A stretch of DNA of 48,642 nt, from NCBI GenBank assembly GCA_001179505.1, contig CDMY01000575.1, positions 1-48,642 on the forward strand. The letters run 5' to 3'. Position numbers and translations under genes: made by a program. Origin of the DNA: Vitrella brassicaformis CCMP3155 (lineage: Eukaryota > Protista > Chromerida). Below the pieces are notes generated by a model that was not told the origin of the DNA, searched no databases, and was given only the letters and a program-made list of their open reading frames with translations. Below are positions 10,519 through 22,499 of this stretch, piece by piece. Numbering within the stretch: position 1 is the first letter of the stretch; each line of letters opens with the position of its first letter.

Positions 10519-11944
10519 CTATCCGGCTGTCATGGGCCAGAAGAAGATGCTTCGCTTCTGCGCGGCCTTGAGGATGCGCTCCTTCTCGCGGGGGTCCTCC
10601 ACCAGCACGGGGCCGTTCTTGCTCGGCGGCTGCTGCTGCTTCTGGCTCATGACGCGACGGGCGATCTCAAACGACGCCGCCTCCGCCTGCTGACGCATGT
10701 ACCTAACACACACACACACACACACACGGGCGCATTGATTTGTGTGTCTTATGTGAGCTGCGGTTATGTGGCTAAGGGTACTTGATGCCGAGTATGTTGA
10801 CGCCGATGGCCTCGACGATGGCGTGTTTGGGGTGGGGATTGCAGATGGGCCCCCGGTGGCACTTGTGCAGCGCCCACTTGACGAACGACTCGGGGGTCGC
10901 ACAGATCGGGCCGCGCAGGTTCTGGCACAACGGGGTCGTGATGAAACCTGACTCACCCACCACACACACAGAGGGAGAATGATGAGAGCTCCGTGGACGA
11001 ATGGGCGCATGCGTGTGTGGATGGAATGCCGCCTCACCGGGTGTGAAGGCGGTGATGGTGATGTTGTCCCTCCGGAGCTCCTCCTCTATGGACCAGGTCC
11101 ACAGCCGCAGGTAGGCCTTGGCCCCGGCATACTCGGGCGAGCCCGGCAGCCCCGCCAGTGCGCTCATGGACGACATGAGCATGATGAGTCCGCGGCCGTT
11201 GTGCTTCATGTAGGGCAGCACGAAACTGCAGCACAGCAGGGTCGACGACACGTTGTACTGCACGTCCCGGTACAGGAGCGACAGGGGACGCTCTGCATTA
11301 CACAAGAGTCGGGTCGGGTGACGCGGTCGGTAGGCACATTGGCTTGGGTGTGTGAGTGGGTGTGGTGTATGGTTACCCCGGAGCAGGGCGTGGCACAGCG
11401 AGCCCGCAGACACCACCCCGCCAGCGCAACACAGCAACACGCCTGCAGGCGGAACACACACACACACAACACATAACCCCCACACACGCCTTTGTCGTGT
11501 GTCGCCATGCATCTGTCTGTGTGTGCATACTCACTCACCGATCTTGTCGATGCCGTTGTCCTGCATGAACGCCTTGAGGTTCCCCTCCACCACGCGCATC
11601 TCCTCCATCAGGTCGAGCCGCAGCGTCTTGACCTCCACACTCGGGAACAAAGCCCGCAGCGACCGCCGCATCTCCTCCATCGCACCCTCATTGATGTCGA
11701 CCAGGATCAAATTCAGTCCCTTGGCCGCCAGCCGCTCCGCGAAACACCGGCCCGTGCCGCCAGCCGCCCCAGTGATCATACACCAGTCGCCACGGAACTT
11801 GGACAAGAATGCGTCGCTCGATGGCGCGAGGAAGACGTCGTACGCCCACCGGGTGAGGTTGAAGGCGCACAGGGCCACCGAGCAGACGCCTATCGTCGCG
11901 AATGCCGGGACCACATATGACGACAGCATGGATGCCGACGTCAT
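10519..11944 (-). CDS. Short-chain dehydrogenase/reductase, HSD17B12/3-ketoacyl-CoA reductase-like; multi-exon
   Basis: N-terminal hydrophobic anchor, WCMITGAAGGTG (TGxxxGxG), LAAKGLNLILVD, catalytic LMSS...PEYAGAK (S-YxxxK), TPGFITTP; stop at 10519. Confidence 0.85.
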
Positions 11945-12038
11945 GATGGATGGATGGTGCTGATGCTGATGCTCGGGTCGGCTCGACTCTACTCGGCCTC
12001 TCAACAAATGCTGTTTCTCGGTAACGCACCCGATCTCG

Positions 12039-12047
12039 TGCGAGCTT
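12039..12047 (+). promoter_or_regulatory. Candidate promoter motif TGCGAGCTT in the SDR/NAE1 divergent spacer (AGATCTGC also at 12144-12151)
   Basis: Exact recurrence across divergent spacers. Confidence 0.4.
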
Positions 12048-12191
12048 CAGCGCGGCGATCTGTCGCGTTTTCGAGGAAAAAGAGCCGTTTTCCCCGCAAA
12101 GAGTGGCCGTGACGCTGACATCTGTCCCTCTTGGCGGCATCCCAGATCTGCAGTTGCTGTCTTGCAGCGGGAGGGGAGGTGAGTTTGTCCC

Positions 12192-14842
12192 ATGGCCACC
12201 GACGACAAGTATGACCGGCAGCTTCGGTAAGCAAGGGATCTCTGGACGCGCAGACAGGCGAGAGGCTGCAGCATGCGTGGCGGCACATCGGCTGCTCTCA
12301 TGCATATGCCGATGATGCGCGATGCGGCGGCGTGTGCTGCTGAGCTGATGCGTGTGTGCATTTTGCCTGTTTGGCGTGTGTGTTTAGCATGTGGGGCCCG
12401 CACGGGCAGAAGGCCCTTGCTGAGGCGTCCGTGTGCTGTGTCGGCAGCAACGCCATAGCCACCGAAACACTCAAGAACCTGGTGCTGCCCGGTAGGTAGG
12501 GCGATCAATGAATCGCACATGACACCAACCACACACACAGCCGCAGTGAGGGAGGGAGAGGGGGAGGGAGAGGCCAAACGCATTTCTGTGGGGGGGTGTG
12601 TTCAGGTGTGGCCCACTTGACGATAGTGGACGAAGCCGTGGTAGAGAGTGCTGATTTGGGTCAGAACTTCTTTGTGGAGATGCAGGACGTGGGCCACAGC
12701 CGCGCCAAGGCCGCCCTCAAACACCTGCTCGAACTCAACCCCGACGTCAAGGGGGAGGCTGTGCAACAGGTGGGTGGGTGTGGTGGTGCTTTGGTGTGGT
12801 GTGATGTGGTGTGATTTGTATGTGTGTGTGTATGTGTGTGTGTGTTGCATTGGCAGAGTGTGACGTCGTTGCTGGAGAAGGATGAGGGCTTCTTCCAGCA
12901 GTTCACACTCATCATCGCCGCACAGACACCACAGGTAGTATAGCATGGACACGGACACACACACACACAAGCCCCACTCCACTCCCTCTGCCTCTCCCTC
13001 TCCCTCTCCCTGTGTGTGTGTGTGTGTATGGGTCCCTCCCTCAGCGAGATGCGGTGGCACTGTGTGAGTTGTGTCACCGGTACAACAAGGCCTTCATCCA
13101 CCTCAGGGGCGTCGGCTTCATCGGAACCATCCGACTCTTCGCAAGGGAACACGCCGGTGCGTTGTGTGGTCCCACCGTGTGGCGTGCAGACACAACACAC
13201 ACACACAAGCACAAGGGGCTGCTGGGCTGCTTTGTGCTTTGTGTGTGCAGTGATAGAGACCAAGAACGAGAGCGATTTCGGAGACCTGCGGCTGACGGAG
13301 CCATTCAAAGAGCTCAAGGCAAGCACCACCGCCACCGACATCCACCACACACCACCCATCTCTCTCCTCTCTCTCTCTCTCTGTCTCTCTGTCTCTCTGT
13401 GGATCGACCTTTTCTGTGCTGGTCGTCCCGTCCGTCAGTCGTATGCAATGAGTGTGGACGTGTCGTCTTCCTCGATGGACGAGGTCAAGCACGCCCACGT
13501 GCCGTATGTCGTCATTCTCCTCAAAGCTCTCGAACAATTCAGGAACAATGTGTGTAATTCATGTGCCCACCCACCACACAGAGACGACACACCCCCACAT
13601 GGAAGGTGTTGTGTGTGTGCGTGTGTGGTTCAGTACAATGGTCGTCTGCCGTCGACAGCCGAGGAGAAGGAGACCTTCAAGCAGTTCATACTCGCCATGA
13701 GACGAAGCGACAAGGAGGTCAGGACGCCCCCCAACCCACAACCACACCCACACCCACGCCCACACCCACCACGCCGTGCTCCCACTCTCTGTGTGTGCAG
13801 GTCAACTTCGACGAGGCCCTCAAACACATGTTCAAAGCCTTCAAAGCCTACACTGTCAGCCGATGCCCCCTCCCACACACACCCCAAACACACCCCTAGT
13901 TGCAAGTACATGTGTGTGTATGGTGGGGTGTGTGTGGTCAGATTGACAGCAGCGTCAAGGCCATCCTCGACGACGCCAAGTCCATCAGCGGACACGAACC
14001 CAACAACACTGCCTTCTGGATCGTCGCCAAAGCCGTCGCACAGTACGACACGCCACCACACACACACACACACACACACAAAACAGGTGCATTGCCATGT
14101 GTGCTGTCGGCAGGTTTGAGAGTGCGTGTGGTCGTCTGCCTCTGTCGGGCACCCTGCCAGACATGACGGCAGACACCGACTCATTCATCAAACTACAATC
14201 CATGTAATATGCCCACCACACACCACCACACCACAACTCCCCCACTCCCCACCTCTCTCTCTCTCTCTCTCTGCCTCAGTTATCGTCAGCGTGCCGAGGG
14301 TGACGTTGCGGCGGTGCGTGCGTCGGTGTCGTCCTTCCTGTCGGGGACTGACGGCGACAGCGGTGCGGGCACTGCCGTCATGGGCGTCATCAACGGCATG
14401 CGGGACATCAATGAGACCCACCACCACCACCCCACCAAGATCGACGACGAATACATCCAGAGATTCTGCAAACGTACGTCTTAATGGGGGACAGGGAATG
14501 GGGGCGCATGTCTGTGGGTGTGGTGGTCAGATGCGCATTCTATCGCTCTGTTTCGGTACCGCACTTTGGCCGAGGAGACCAAACCTGACACCGCCATGAA
14601 GGACAACATACGTACGCGGAAGACAACACACACACGACACACAGCACAGCACAGGCAGACACCCCTGTGTGTCGTGTGTATGTGTGTGCAGGCGAGTCCT
14701 ACGACGAGTTCACTGCTGACGAGACCAGCAGCGAGGTGCCGTGGTACCTGGCCCTGGCGGCATGGGAGGTGTTCCGCGAGGAGAAGGGCTACGTCGCAGG
14801 CGCAAAGACCGACCACGACCACTCTGACGATACGGTCAGCTG

Positions 14843-14878
<36 letters not shown>

Positions 14879-15387
14879 CGAAGCGGCCATATATGTGTGT
14901 GTGGGGGTTGTGTTTGTATCAGTTGGCTGGTGACGTGGAGGCGCTGAAGGGTTGTGCCCGCCGTGTGTGTACCGCCCTCGACCTCCCCGCCGACGCCGTG
15001 CCCGACAAATACCTCCAGGAACTGTAAGCAAGCCTCAATCTGTCGGGCCGCCATGTCTGTCCGTCTGCATGGTGCGTGTCTGTCTGGTGACATTGATTGT
15101 CAGGGTGCGCTACGGCGGGTGTGAGCTGCACACGACGGCGTCGTTTCTGGGCGGTGTGGCGTCGCAGGAGGCCGTCAAGCTCATCACCAAACAGTGGATA
15201 CCCTTGCAGAACACACTCATATGGAAGTAGGCGAGCCGCAGACACACACACACGCCTCCCCCACCCACACAGAGTGAGAGAGGGAGAGAGAAAGGAGACG
15301 TGGGTCTCTGTGTGTGTGTGGTGTGTGTGTGTGTGTGTGTGTTGGTTCAGCGGTCTGCATTCGCGTGGTGCGGTGCTGGAGCTGTGA
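12192..15387 (+). CDS. NAE1: NEDD8-activating enzyme E1 regulatory subunit (APP-BP1/Ula1/AXR1), multi-exon
   Basis: [12 protein letters not shown]|[16 protein letters not shown]...[19 protein letters not shown]...[89 protein letters not shown]; stop at 15387. Confidence 0.95.
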
Positions 15388-16060
15388 AGCCATCCATCAC
15401 CTTCCCACCATTGTACAATCACCACCCACTGCTGCTGCTGCTGCTCTATATTCTTGATACACTTCTATACATACCTCGGTGGACAGACAGGTGTGGTGGG
15501 TGTGCATGGGGCCTAACTGGCACCGGTGCGTCTCTGGCTGATAGAGAGGTAGGTCTTGCAACGGCTCCCTACCTAGCTGCAGCTACTGCCGGATGCTCAT
15601 CGGTACAGCCGGCCTTGTTGCGGCATCCATCCATCCATCGAGATCGATCCTTGCCTGGACAGGTGGAAGTGTAGGTGTGGTTGGGTCAATCAATGGATCG
15701 CATGTGGAAGGAAAAACAAACCTTTTTGTGTGCGTGACTGGCGCAGCTTTACAGAACCGATGAAATGAATGCATCGATGTGGCCACGAGAGAGAATTTGT
15801 CGCACGCAGAGAAGAGCTGAAAACCAAAACGGGCAACCAAGCCATTCCATTCCACCCACCGCACCGTTCGTATGCACAGCTACACAGAAGAGGTTCGTCA
15901 CACACACGTGGACACATCGATGCATTCATTGCAAAGGTACGTGTGTATCGGTCAAAACTAAGTGCATGGGATGCGTCAGAGGGGGCCGCTAGCTAGCTGT
16001 GTCCATACGACTGCTCTTGTCCTCCTTCCTGTCCACCCGGGGCACGCACCACCCACTCCA

Positions 16061-18059
16061 TCACCGTGCGGTCCTCCTTCTCTTCGCCTCCCTCTCCTCC
16101 ACACCCTCATCTGACACGTTCATGTCCATCCATGAGGCACACAGTGAGTGCGTGTGTGTGTGTGTCACGCTGATCTGGCTCACCCTCTTCGTCCTCCTGC
16201 TGCTGCTCTTGCTCGCCATCGCCATCGCCATCGCCATTGCTATCCATATCTGCACACACACACGCGCGCGCAGGCATACGAATGCGCACACACACATCCC
16301 CACCACTCACCCTCATCGCTATCGCCGTCATCGTCATCGTCATCGTCACCACCATCGTCTGCACCGTCCTCTGCACAACACACACACACACACACACGGA
16401 TTCATCCGACACACCAAGACAGAGGCAGCCGGTCACACTCACCTCTATCGTCTAACTCCACTTCATGTTGGTTGACGACCATGTCTGCGATGGTGCTGCC
16501 CAGCAGGCCTCGCACCAGAGAGGGGGGTGGTGGGCCGGCGGTCCTTGAAGGCATCAGATGCACCACCCACCGGTGGCTCAATGGTGATGACACTAACATC
16601 CACTGCATTCAGTGAAACACCACACGTCAAAGGACGGCTCAATTAACACAGAGGATATGCTATCTTGTTCCCTCACCCATGTCCGTGTCGGGGAAGATAT
16701 ACAGAGCGACCCATGCGACGAATGGCATGTCGAACGGCGTCAGCAGCAGAGTCCGAATCTCTACAGGGGGATCCTCATCCCACCTGCTCGCCGCAATGGC
16801 GGTGCATCCGTGAGGGGGCTGGTGGGGCGAGTGGTTGAGGAGGCCGTCCAGCACACCGCCGTGAGCATGCCTGAGGAGACCAGCACATGACAGAGGGAAG
16901 AGGCCGTGATGGATCGTTGTGTGTCTGCCTGAGTGTGGTGTGTCCTGCGTACCGGTCCACGGCAACGTAAGGCGTCCACCCATCATTGGCATCTGGAGGG
17001 ATCATGATGGTCCTCATGACGAACGCCGACGCCGAGGCATAAGTGACCACCTCACCAGCCGCTGTCCAGCTGTCCCCCTGCAGGTCGATTGTGGATCTGA
17101 CGGGCGGGTTGTCGTTGATGGTGTGTGGGTGGTATGGGTGGCCGGGGGAGGAGGGCGGGGTTGATGTCCAGCTCGTAGCCCGGCTCGTCGCGGAGGGCCC
17201 GCACACCGCCGCCCGGCTGGTCGAACAGCTCAAAACGGCCGTGGTTGCCGCCGAAGTTGACGTGTCTGCCGACCACCTTCCACAGCGCAATCACACGCGC
17301 ATCGGCCAAATACGCCTACAAGGACACCACACACAGACCGACAGACCGATGAGTGCCACCCACCCCACCCCTCGCTCTTCTGCCCACCTGTTTGCTATCG
17401 TGACGGTCACAATCCGCCACATCGAGTGTGATCGGCAGCTGACAGTAGCCCCTCTGAGCCGCAAACTTCAGCGCGTTGACCACCTCGGTCCACTGCTGTG
17501 TGTCGACCAGCCAGATGGCCTTCAGCACGAGCTTGGTCTCCAGCTGCAAAGAGAATGCGATGATGCCGTCCAGCTGTTTGGCCGCGAGGGAGCGCCCCAG
17601 CCGAGTGCGGAGGACGGCGGCCGACAAGTCTATCTGCCTGAGGAATGTCGCTGCGCATCGGAGGCAGCCGACATCCCTCTGTTCGTGGAAGGCATGTCGC
17701 TCCTCGCGATGGATGAAATCTATCGCTTCGTTGCCTCTTGCCGGCGGGATGGGCTGCCGGCTGCTGGGCACCGTCACATCATTCCCCATCCTCACGTCCA
17801 CCTGTAAATCCCTGCGAGCTCAAATGGCAAGAGAGATCGTGCCGAGAGGAAGAAAGAGGGTGTGGGCAGTCCGCCCTTCGCGTGTGACAGCCGAGCAATT
17901 GATTTCATCCACGAGCGAGTCCGCGGAAGATGAATGAATGAATCCGCGACATACAAACACAGACGCGTACAAGAGATGGTTCCATGTGCTGTTGTTCAAC
18001 TTTGCCTTCTCTTCGATGTCGCTTCGCGACACCCAGCCCCTGGCCCCCCCGCCATGCAC
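16061..18059 (-). pseudogene. Hypothetical protein resembling the expanded Vitrella-type family, with two apparent +1 frameshifts (pseudogene or sequence error); 5' end uncertain
   Basis: GT-AG spliced exons give VSRSDIEEKAKLNNSTWNHLL..., WTEVVNALKFAAQRGYCQLPITL, LWKVVGRHVNFGG...RALRDEPGYELDINP[shift]GHPYHPH...NPPVRS...YASASAF, GLLNHSPH...GCT, FKDRRPTT[shift]SLVRGLLG, then acidic tail exons ending AKRRRTAR* at 16061. The family assignment is from recall, not from a search. Confidence 0.5.
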
Positions 18060-18189
18060 ACCACACCCCTACGACGCAAATGCCCCAACTTCTACCTACA
18101 CAACGCTCCCTCTCTTCCTACCGGAATACATACAACCGGACATCTCCCTTCGTCTCCAGACAACTATCCTCAGAGAATGCAATGCCTCG

Positions 18190-19366
18190 TCAGAAGTCGT
18201 TGAGGCTTCTGGGCCTCTTAGGCGGCAGTGTGCCCTTAGTAAGGTAGGCGTCGATGTCATCCTGCAGCGGCGAATCCATCGGATACACACCGGGCTTGTA
18301 CCGCCGAATCGGCACGCCATCAGCGTCTACGCACATAACACAGTCCAATCAGCGATCCGATCCCGTCCGTCCACGTGTGTGTATGTGTGGCTGGCACACC
18401 GAGCAGGAACTTGGCGTAGCTGACGAGTGACAGACACACAGAACGACACACACACAACGGAGAGAGGGATGGAGCTGTGCATACAGAATGGCTGTGTGTT
18501 GGTGCCGTGCTGAAGGGGGGAGGGGATCATACTTCCACTCTATCCTGCCCGTCATGCCGTCGGCCGAGGTGAGCGTCGCGAACAGGGGGTCTTGTTGAGG
18601 GCCAACCTGCACACGCTGCTTGTCGAGAATCGGAAACTGCACAGAACAGCCGACCCCACCAACAGACGAGCTCTTCTCTTATGTCTGGCTATCATCATGC
18701 GTGCATGTGTGGTGTGTCCACGCACCTCGACTCCATAGAGGCCACACATGTTCTTCCGAATCGTGGCGCTCTCATCGGGATCCTGAGGAAGATCAGACGC
18801 ATGTGTCCATATCCCAGCCAGCGTCTCCCCGTCGTGTCACTCTTCACTTGGTAGGCGAATTCATTGCTAGGCACTGCAACAATGTTCAGCCCCTTATCAT
18901 GGTACCTTTCATAGAGCGACACCAATCCTGCAGCCAGCCAGACAGACAGACAGGTGCGCAGGATACAACCCAACTGACAAACGTGTCAGTGGTATTGCAG
19001 TGGCGTCTCCTGACCTTTGTTGTTTCCGTCCGTCAGGGCGCAATAAGAAGCGGTATTGGCCACCAGCGTCAGCTTCGGGCCCAAATACTCCCGGAACTTG
19101 TGCATCTTGCCCTCAAGCGCCACGTCGATGTCAGCTACGCTCCTCGCGGTGCCAGCTGCAAGGGCCTGCGAGTCCTCAAGGCCGAGAGCGCCGATGCCGA
19201 TCAGTGCAGTGGTGGATATGAGGGCATCCTGGAGGTGCCGCCGCCTCTCGGCTGACGGATCTGGTCTGCCTCTGTGTGACGACGGAAGCGAGGAGAGAGG
19301 GTGCGGCCGGTAGCCTTCCACGACATACGAGAATGCCGCAGCGGTCAGGACGAGCAGCAGCGCCAT
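18190..19366 (-). CDS. GPX: Cys-type glutathione/thioredoxin peroxidase (GPx family) with a long plastid-type leader; multi-exon
   Basis: LVANTASYCALT (peroxidatic Cys, codon TGC), LNIVAVPSNEFAYQ|DP, NMCGLYGVE|FPILDK, IEWN|YAKFLL|DADGVPIRRY; TGA at 18190-18192. Confidence 0.92.
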
Positions 19367-19402
19367 GTTTTCCCTTGTCTTTACTCCTGCCCCTCCCGCT
19401 CT

Positions 19403-19417
19403 AAGCTCGCAGATCTG
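19403..19417 (-). promoter_or_regulatory. Overlapping candidate motifs CAGATCTGCGAGCTT in the GPx/HPR divergent spacer
   Basis: Plus strand AAGCTCGCAGATCTG; both recurrent motifs are fused, 36 nt upstream of the GPx ATG. Confidence 0.45.
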
Positions 19418-19534
19418 TGAGCTCAGACGCACCTGGAGGAGCGCGTGTAGGCGGAAAAGCTTAATAGGGACCGCCCCATCGATGCCTCTCCCCTCTGGCA
19501 ATGCCCTTCTGCACGCCCTTCTGCTTGCGCCATA

Positions 19535-22080
19535 ATGCTCATCTTGCAAGGTGTGGTGCTCCTCTGTTGGCTGCTTAGCCGGATGACTGTCTTCTCCGAC
19601 CCGCGGCAGCGCACTCCCGCATTTGGATGCCGGTATCTCGTCCCTGACAGCAGACAGCGGAGGAAAGGACGCAGCCTCGACGCAGCGCGAACGTCAGCGA
19701 CTTGCGGAGGGTCCTTCTCCAGCAGCCCGGCTCGGCTTGCAGACGCGCCGCGGCCCGTCGTTTCAACCGTGCGGCAGCCTCAGACAACACAGCAGTCTCT
19801 GAACAATGATCTGGTTGTTGCGGTCGAGGGTCTGAGGAGGACAGCCAAGAGTCTCGACGCCACGGAGCTGGCCGCTGCCATCGAGCGGCTCGGGCTGCTC
19901 TGTCGGGAAGCGGACACCGACGCGCCGATTGATGGTCTGCATCTCGAGTTGGCCCCTGTGTCCGTGCGGCTGTGGGAGGTGGTCTATGAGGAGTCTCAGC
20001 GGCTTCCGCACGGCAGCAACGGGTCGCCCGTCCGGACAGCGGAGCGGCTGAGGCGGCTGCTCAAGGCCGTGAAGGATGGCGAGATGGTGCGGGATGACAC
20101 GCTCTTGTCGATGGGGAGAGGGTCACTGGGCGATGGGGATGCGGATGTGGGCGATGACCACCTCACTGCACAGGTGAGATGAGTGAGTGACATCAGCGAG
20201 CAGAGAGGAGCAGGGCAGACACAGCATTAATGTGGTGTTCTTCGATGAATGCTCAGGTTAATGATGACGAGACAATCGCCATCCGCCGACGGTTCTCGCG
20301 TGCGCCGACAACCAACGATCTTCTCGACGAGGCCGTGGCGGCCTGTCCCCTCCTCACATCGCGGAGCATCGTGGCCTTCTTCATACGACTCATGAAGATC
20401 TATCCCAGGGAGAAAAGGAAACGGACAGCAAGGGAGAGGAAAGCGCCACACCTCAACGGCTACCACCGTGACACCACCAGCAGCAATGATGACGTGTGGG
20501 AAACGGGCTTGCTCAACGATCGCCGTTTTCAGCTCGTGCGGCTCAAGCTGTGGCAGCTGCTCATGGAGGACGCCGTCATTCACAGACGCCCTCCAGCCCC
20601 TCTTGCAAATGGCTACAGAAATGGCCATGGCAAGAGCCACCCCCCAGCCCCCTCCCTCCCCACTCTCATCTCAACGACCGTCTCAATCGCCCCCCACCAG
20701 CGCACAGCCGACACATGGCAGCACAAGGGCCGTGCCATGCTGGCAGAGCAGCGCAGGCGGCATCTGGGCAAGCCATCGTCCTGGCGAGTGGGCCATCTGC
20801 TGCAGCACAAGCAGGAAGAGGAAGAGAGGCGGCGAAGGGAGGGCGTCAAGACGGTCAACGGGACGTTTGCTGCCCGTGACGTCGCCATGTGTGCGTGGAG
20901 CCTGGCACGGCTGCACGCGATGGAGAGGTCGTCAGAGGAGGCGAAAGAGGGCGACCAGCTGCTGCTGCAGGCAGCTGGGACCTATGTCATTGGACCACGC
21001 ATCGAGTAGGCGGACAAATGCCCATGCACAGCTGGTAACTCTTCATCCCTGTTACTGGTGTGTCGCAGTGGTTACTGTGCGGCCGACCTGTCCCAGCTGT
21101 CATGGGCATACGGCAACCTCAAAGTCGCCTCTCCCCGGTTCTTCCGCTGCGTGGTGGATCGCATGCTGGCCCTCCGGAGCGGTCGGCCGTTCGACGACGC
21201 AGCGGCCTCGCCCCCAGACTTCAGCCCCACGTGCATGACGGCCTTCCTCTGCGGCCTCCTCTACGCTTTCATGGCGCTGCCCAGGCGGTCCCTGCCGTCA
21301 CAACTCGCACACCAAACGCGGAAGCTGATCGATGCCTTCATGGCACAGGTGCGCCATGCCCACACAAACACGTGTGCCTTGGTCGGCTGGGACACTCGCT
21401 CATCGAGTGGTGTATTGTCGTGTTGCTCAGGCGTCGCGTCAGCTGCCTGCTTTCTCTGCCCGCGAGCTCGCCAACTTTACTTGGGCTCTCGAGGGGCTGA
21501 CGGTCATCAAGGATGAGGCGGGCAAGAATCTGCTGCAGAGGGGAGAGCAGGACGCGCGAGCCCGGTTCTTCACAGCCGTGACGCACGAATTTTTCCATCG
21601 GGTCAGTGTCGGTGGTGGAGAGGGGAGCGATGGCGGTCAGGCGTTTTCGCGGACGGACCTTGCTCAGCTCTTTGGGGCACTCACCGCTGCACCAATCGAC
21701 GAGCATCTGCTGAAGGAGGTAGTATGACAGACGGACAACAGCGCACCAATCCTGAGTGATTCTCTTCTGTGTGCGTTGTGCTGCAGCTGGCAGAGGAGAT
21801 GGGTCATCAGCTGGACCGTCTAGCTGACGAGAGACCGTCCTCACCACGAGCGGCGTCGCCCTCTGGCATCGCGTCCCCACCTGCCCCTGCCACCCCACCC
21901 TGTGCCCCTCCATCGATTTTTCCCCAAGCTGTAGACCACGCCCCAATGCTGAACGGCAACCAGCACCGAGGGCGTGCCCCGCGCCATGTGGTGAAAGGGA
22001 CGAGTGATCTGAGAGATCGGGTCATTAGGCTGGGGGCAGGCAGGGGACTGGTGGTGGCCAACGGGTACTCGGGAAGCTAG
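19535..22080 (+). CDS. Signal-peptide-bearing alpha-helical repeat protein (heptatricopeptide/octotricopeptide-repeat-like), putative plastid RNA-binding protein
   Basis: Hydrophobic N-terminus MLILQGVVLLCWLLS followed by an R/S-rich stretch; degenerate repeats FAARDVAMCAWSLARL, YCAADLSQLSWAYGNL, FSARELANFTWALEGL, FSRTDLAQLFGALTAA; stop at 22080. Confidence 0.6.
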
Positions 22081-22499
22081 CCAATACGTGCATGTGTTTG
22101 TGAGGGTGCGCTTGCACTAAGTGCAGTGGAGTGATCAAGTGGTCAATAGCGATTTTTCGCCCTAATGCATGCTTCATCCATGGTAGACGGTCAGGAAATG
22201 TAGTCAAGAAGAGAGGAGCCTGCCTGCCTGCCTGCCTGTGTATATCCATCCGTGGAAAGGCAGGCCTGTCAGCAACAGTGAGCGCACCATTTCTTCGTGT
22301 GTATCCACGTCTCAGTCACATTTGTATGGTTCACGGTTGTGTGCATGCACATGGATTTTGGCTGCATTCATGGCGTTTTTGCCGTACCAATGGATAGATG
22401 CTTTCATCTACGGCTGCATTCATGTATAAGCGATGGGAAGAATCCCGCTGTCCCTCTCGATCGATCGCCCTCCCAATTTTTCCTTCCCTCCCCCCAAAA

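Noticed and set aside
19035-19065. Possible selenocysteine GPx
   Set aside because: The active-site codon is TGC (Cys), not TGA.
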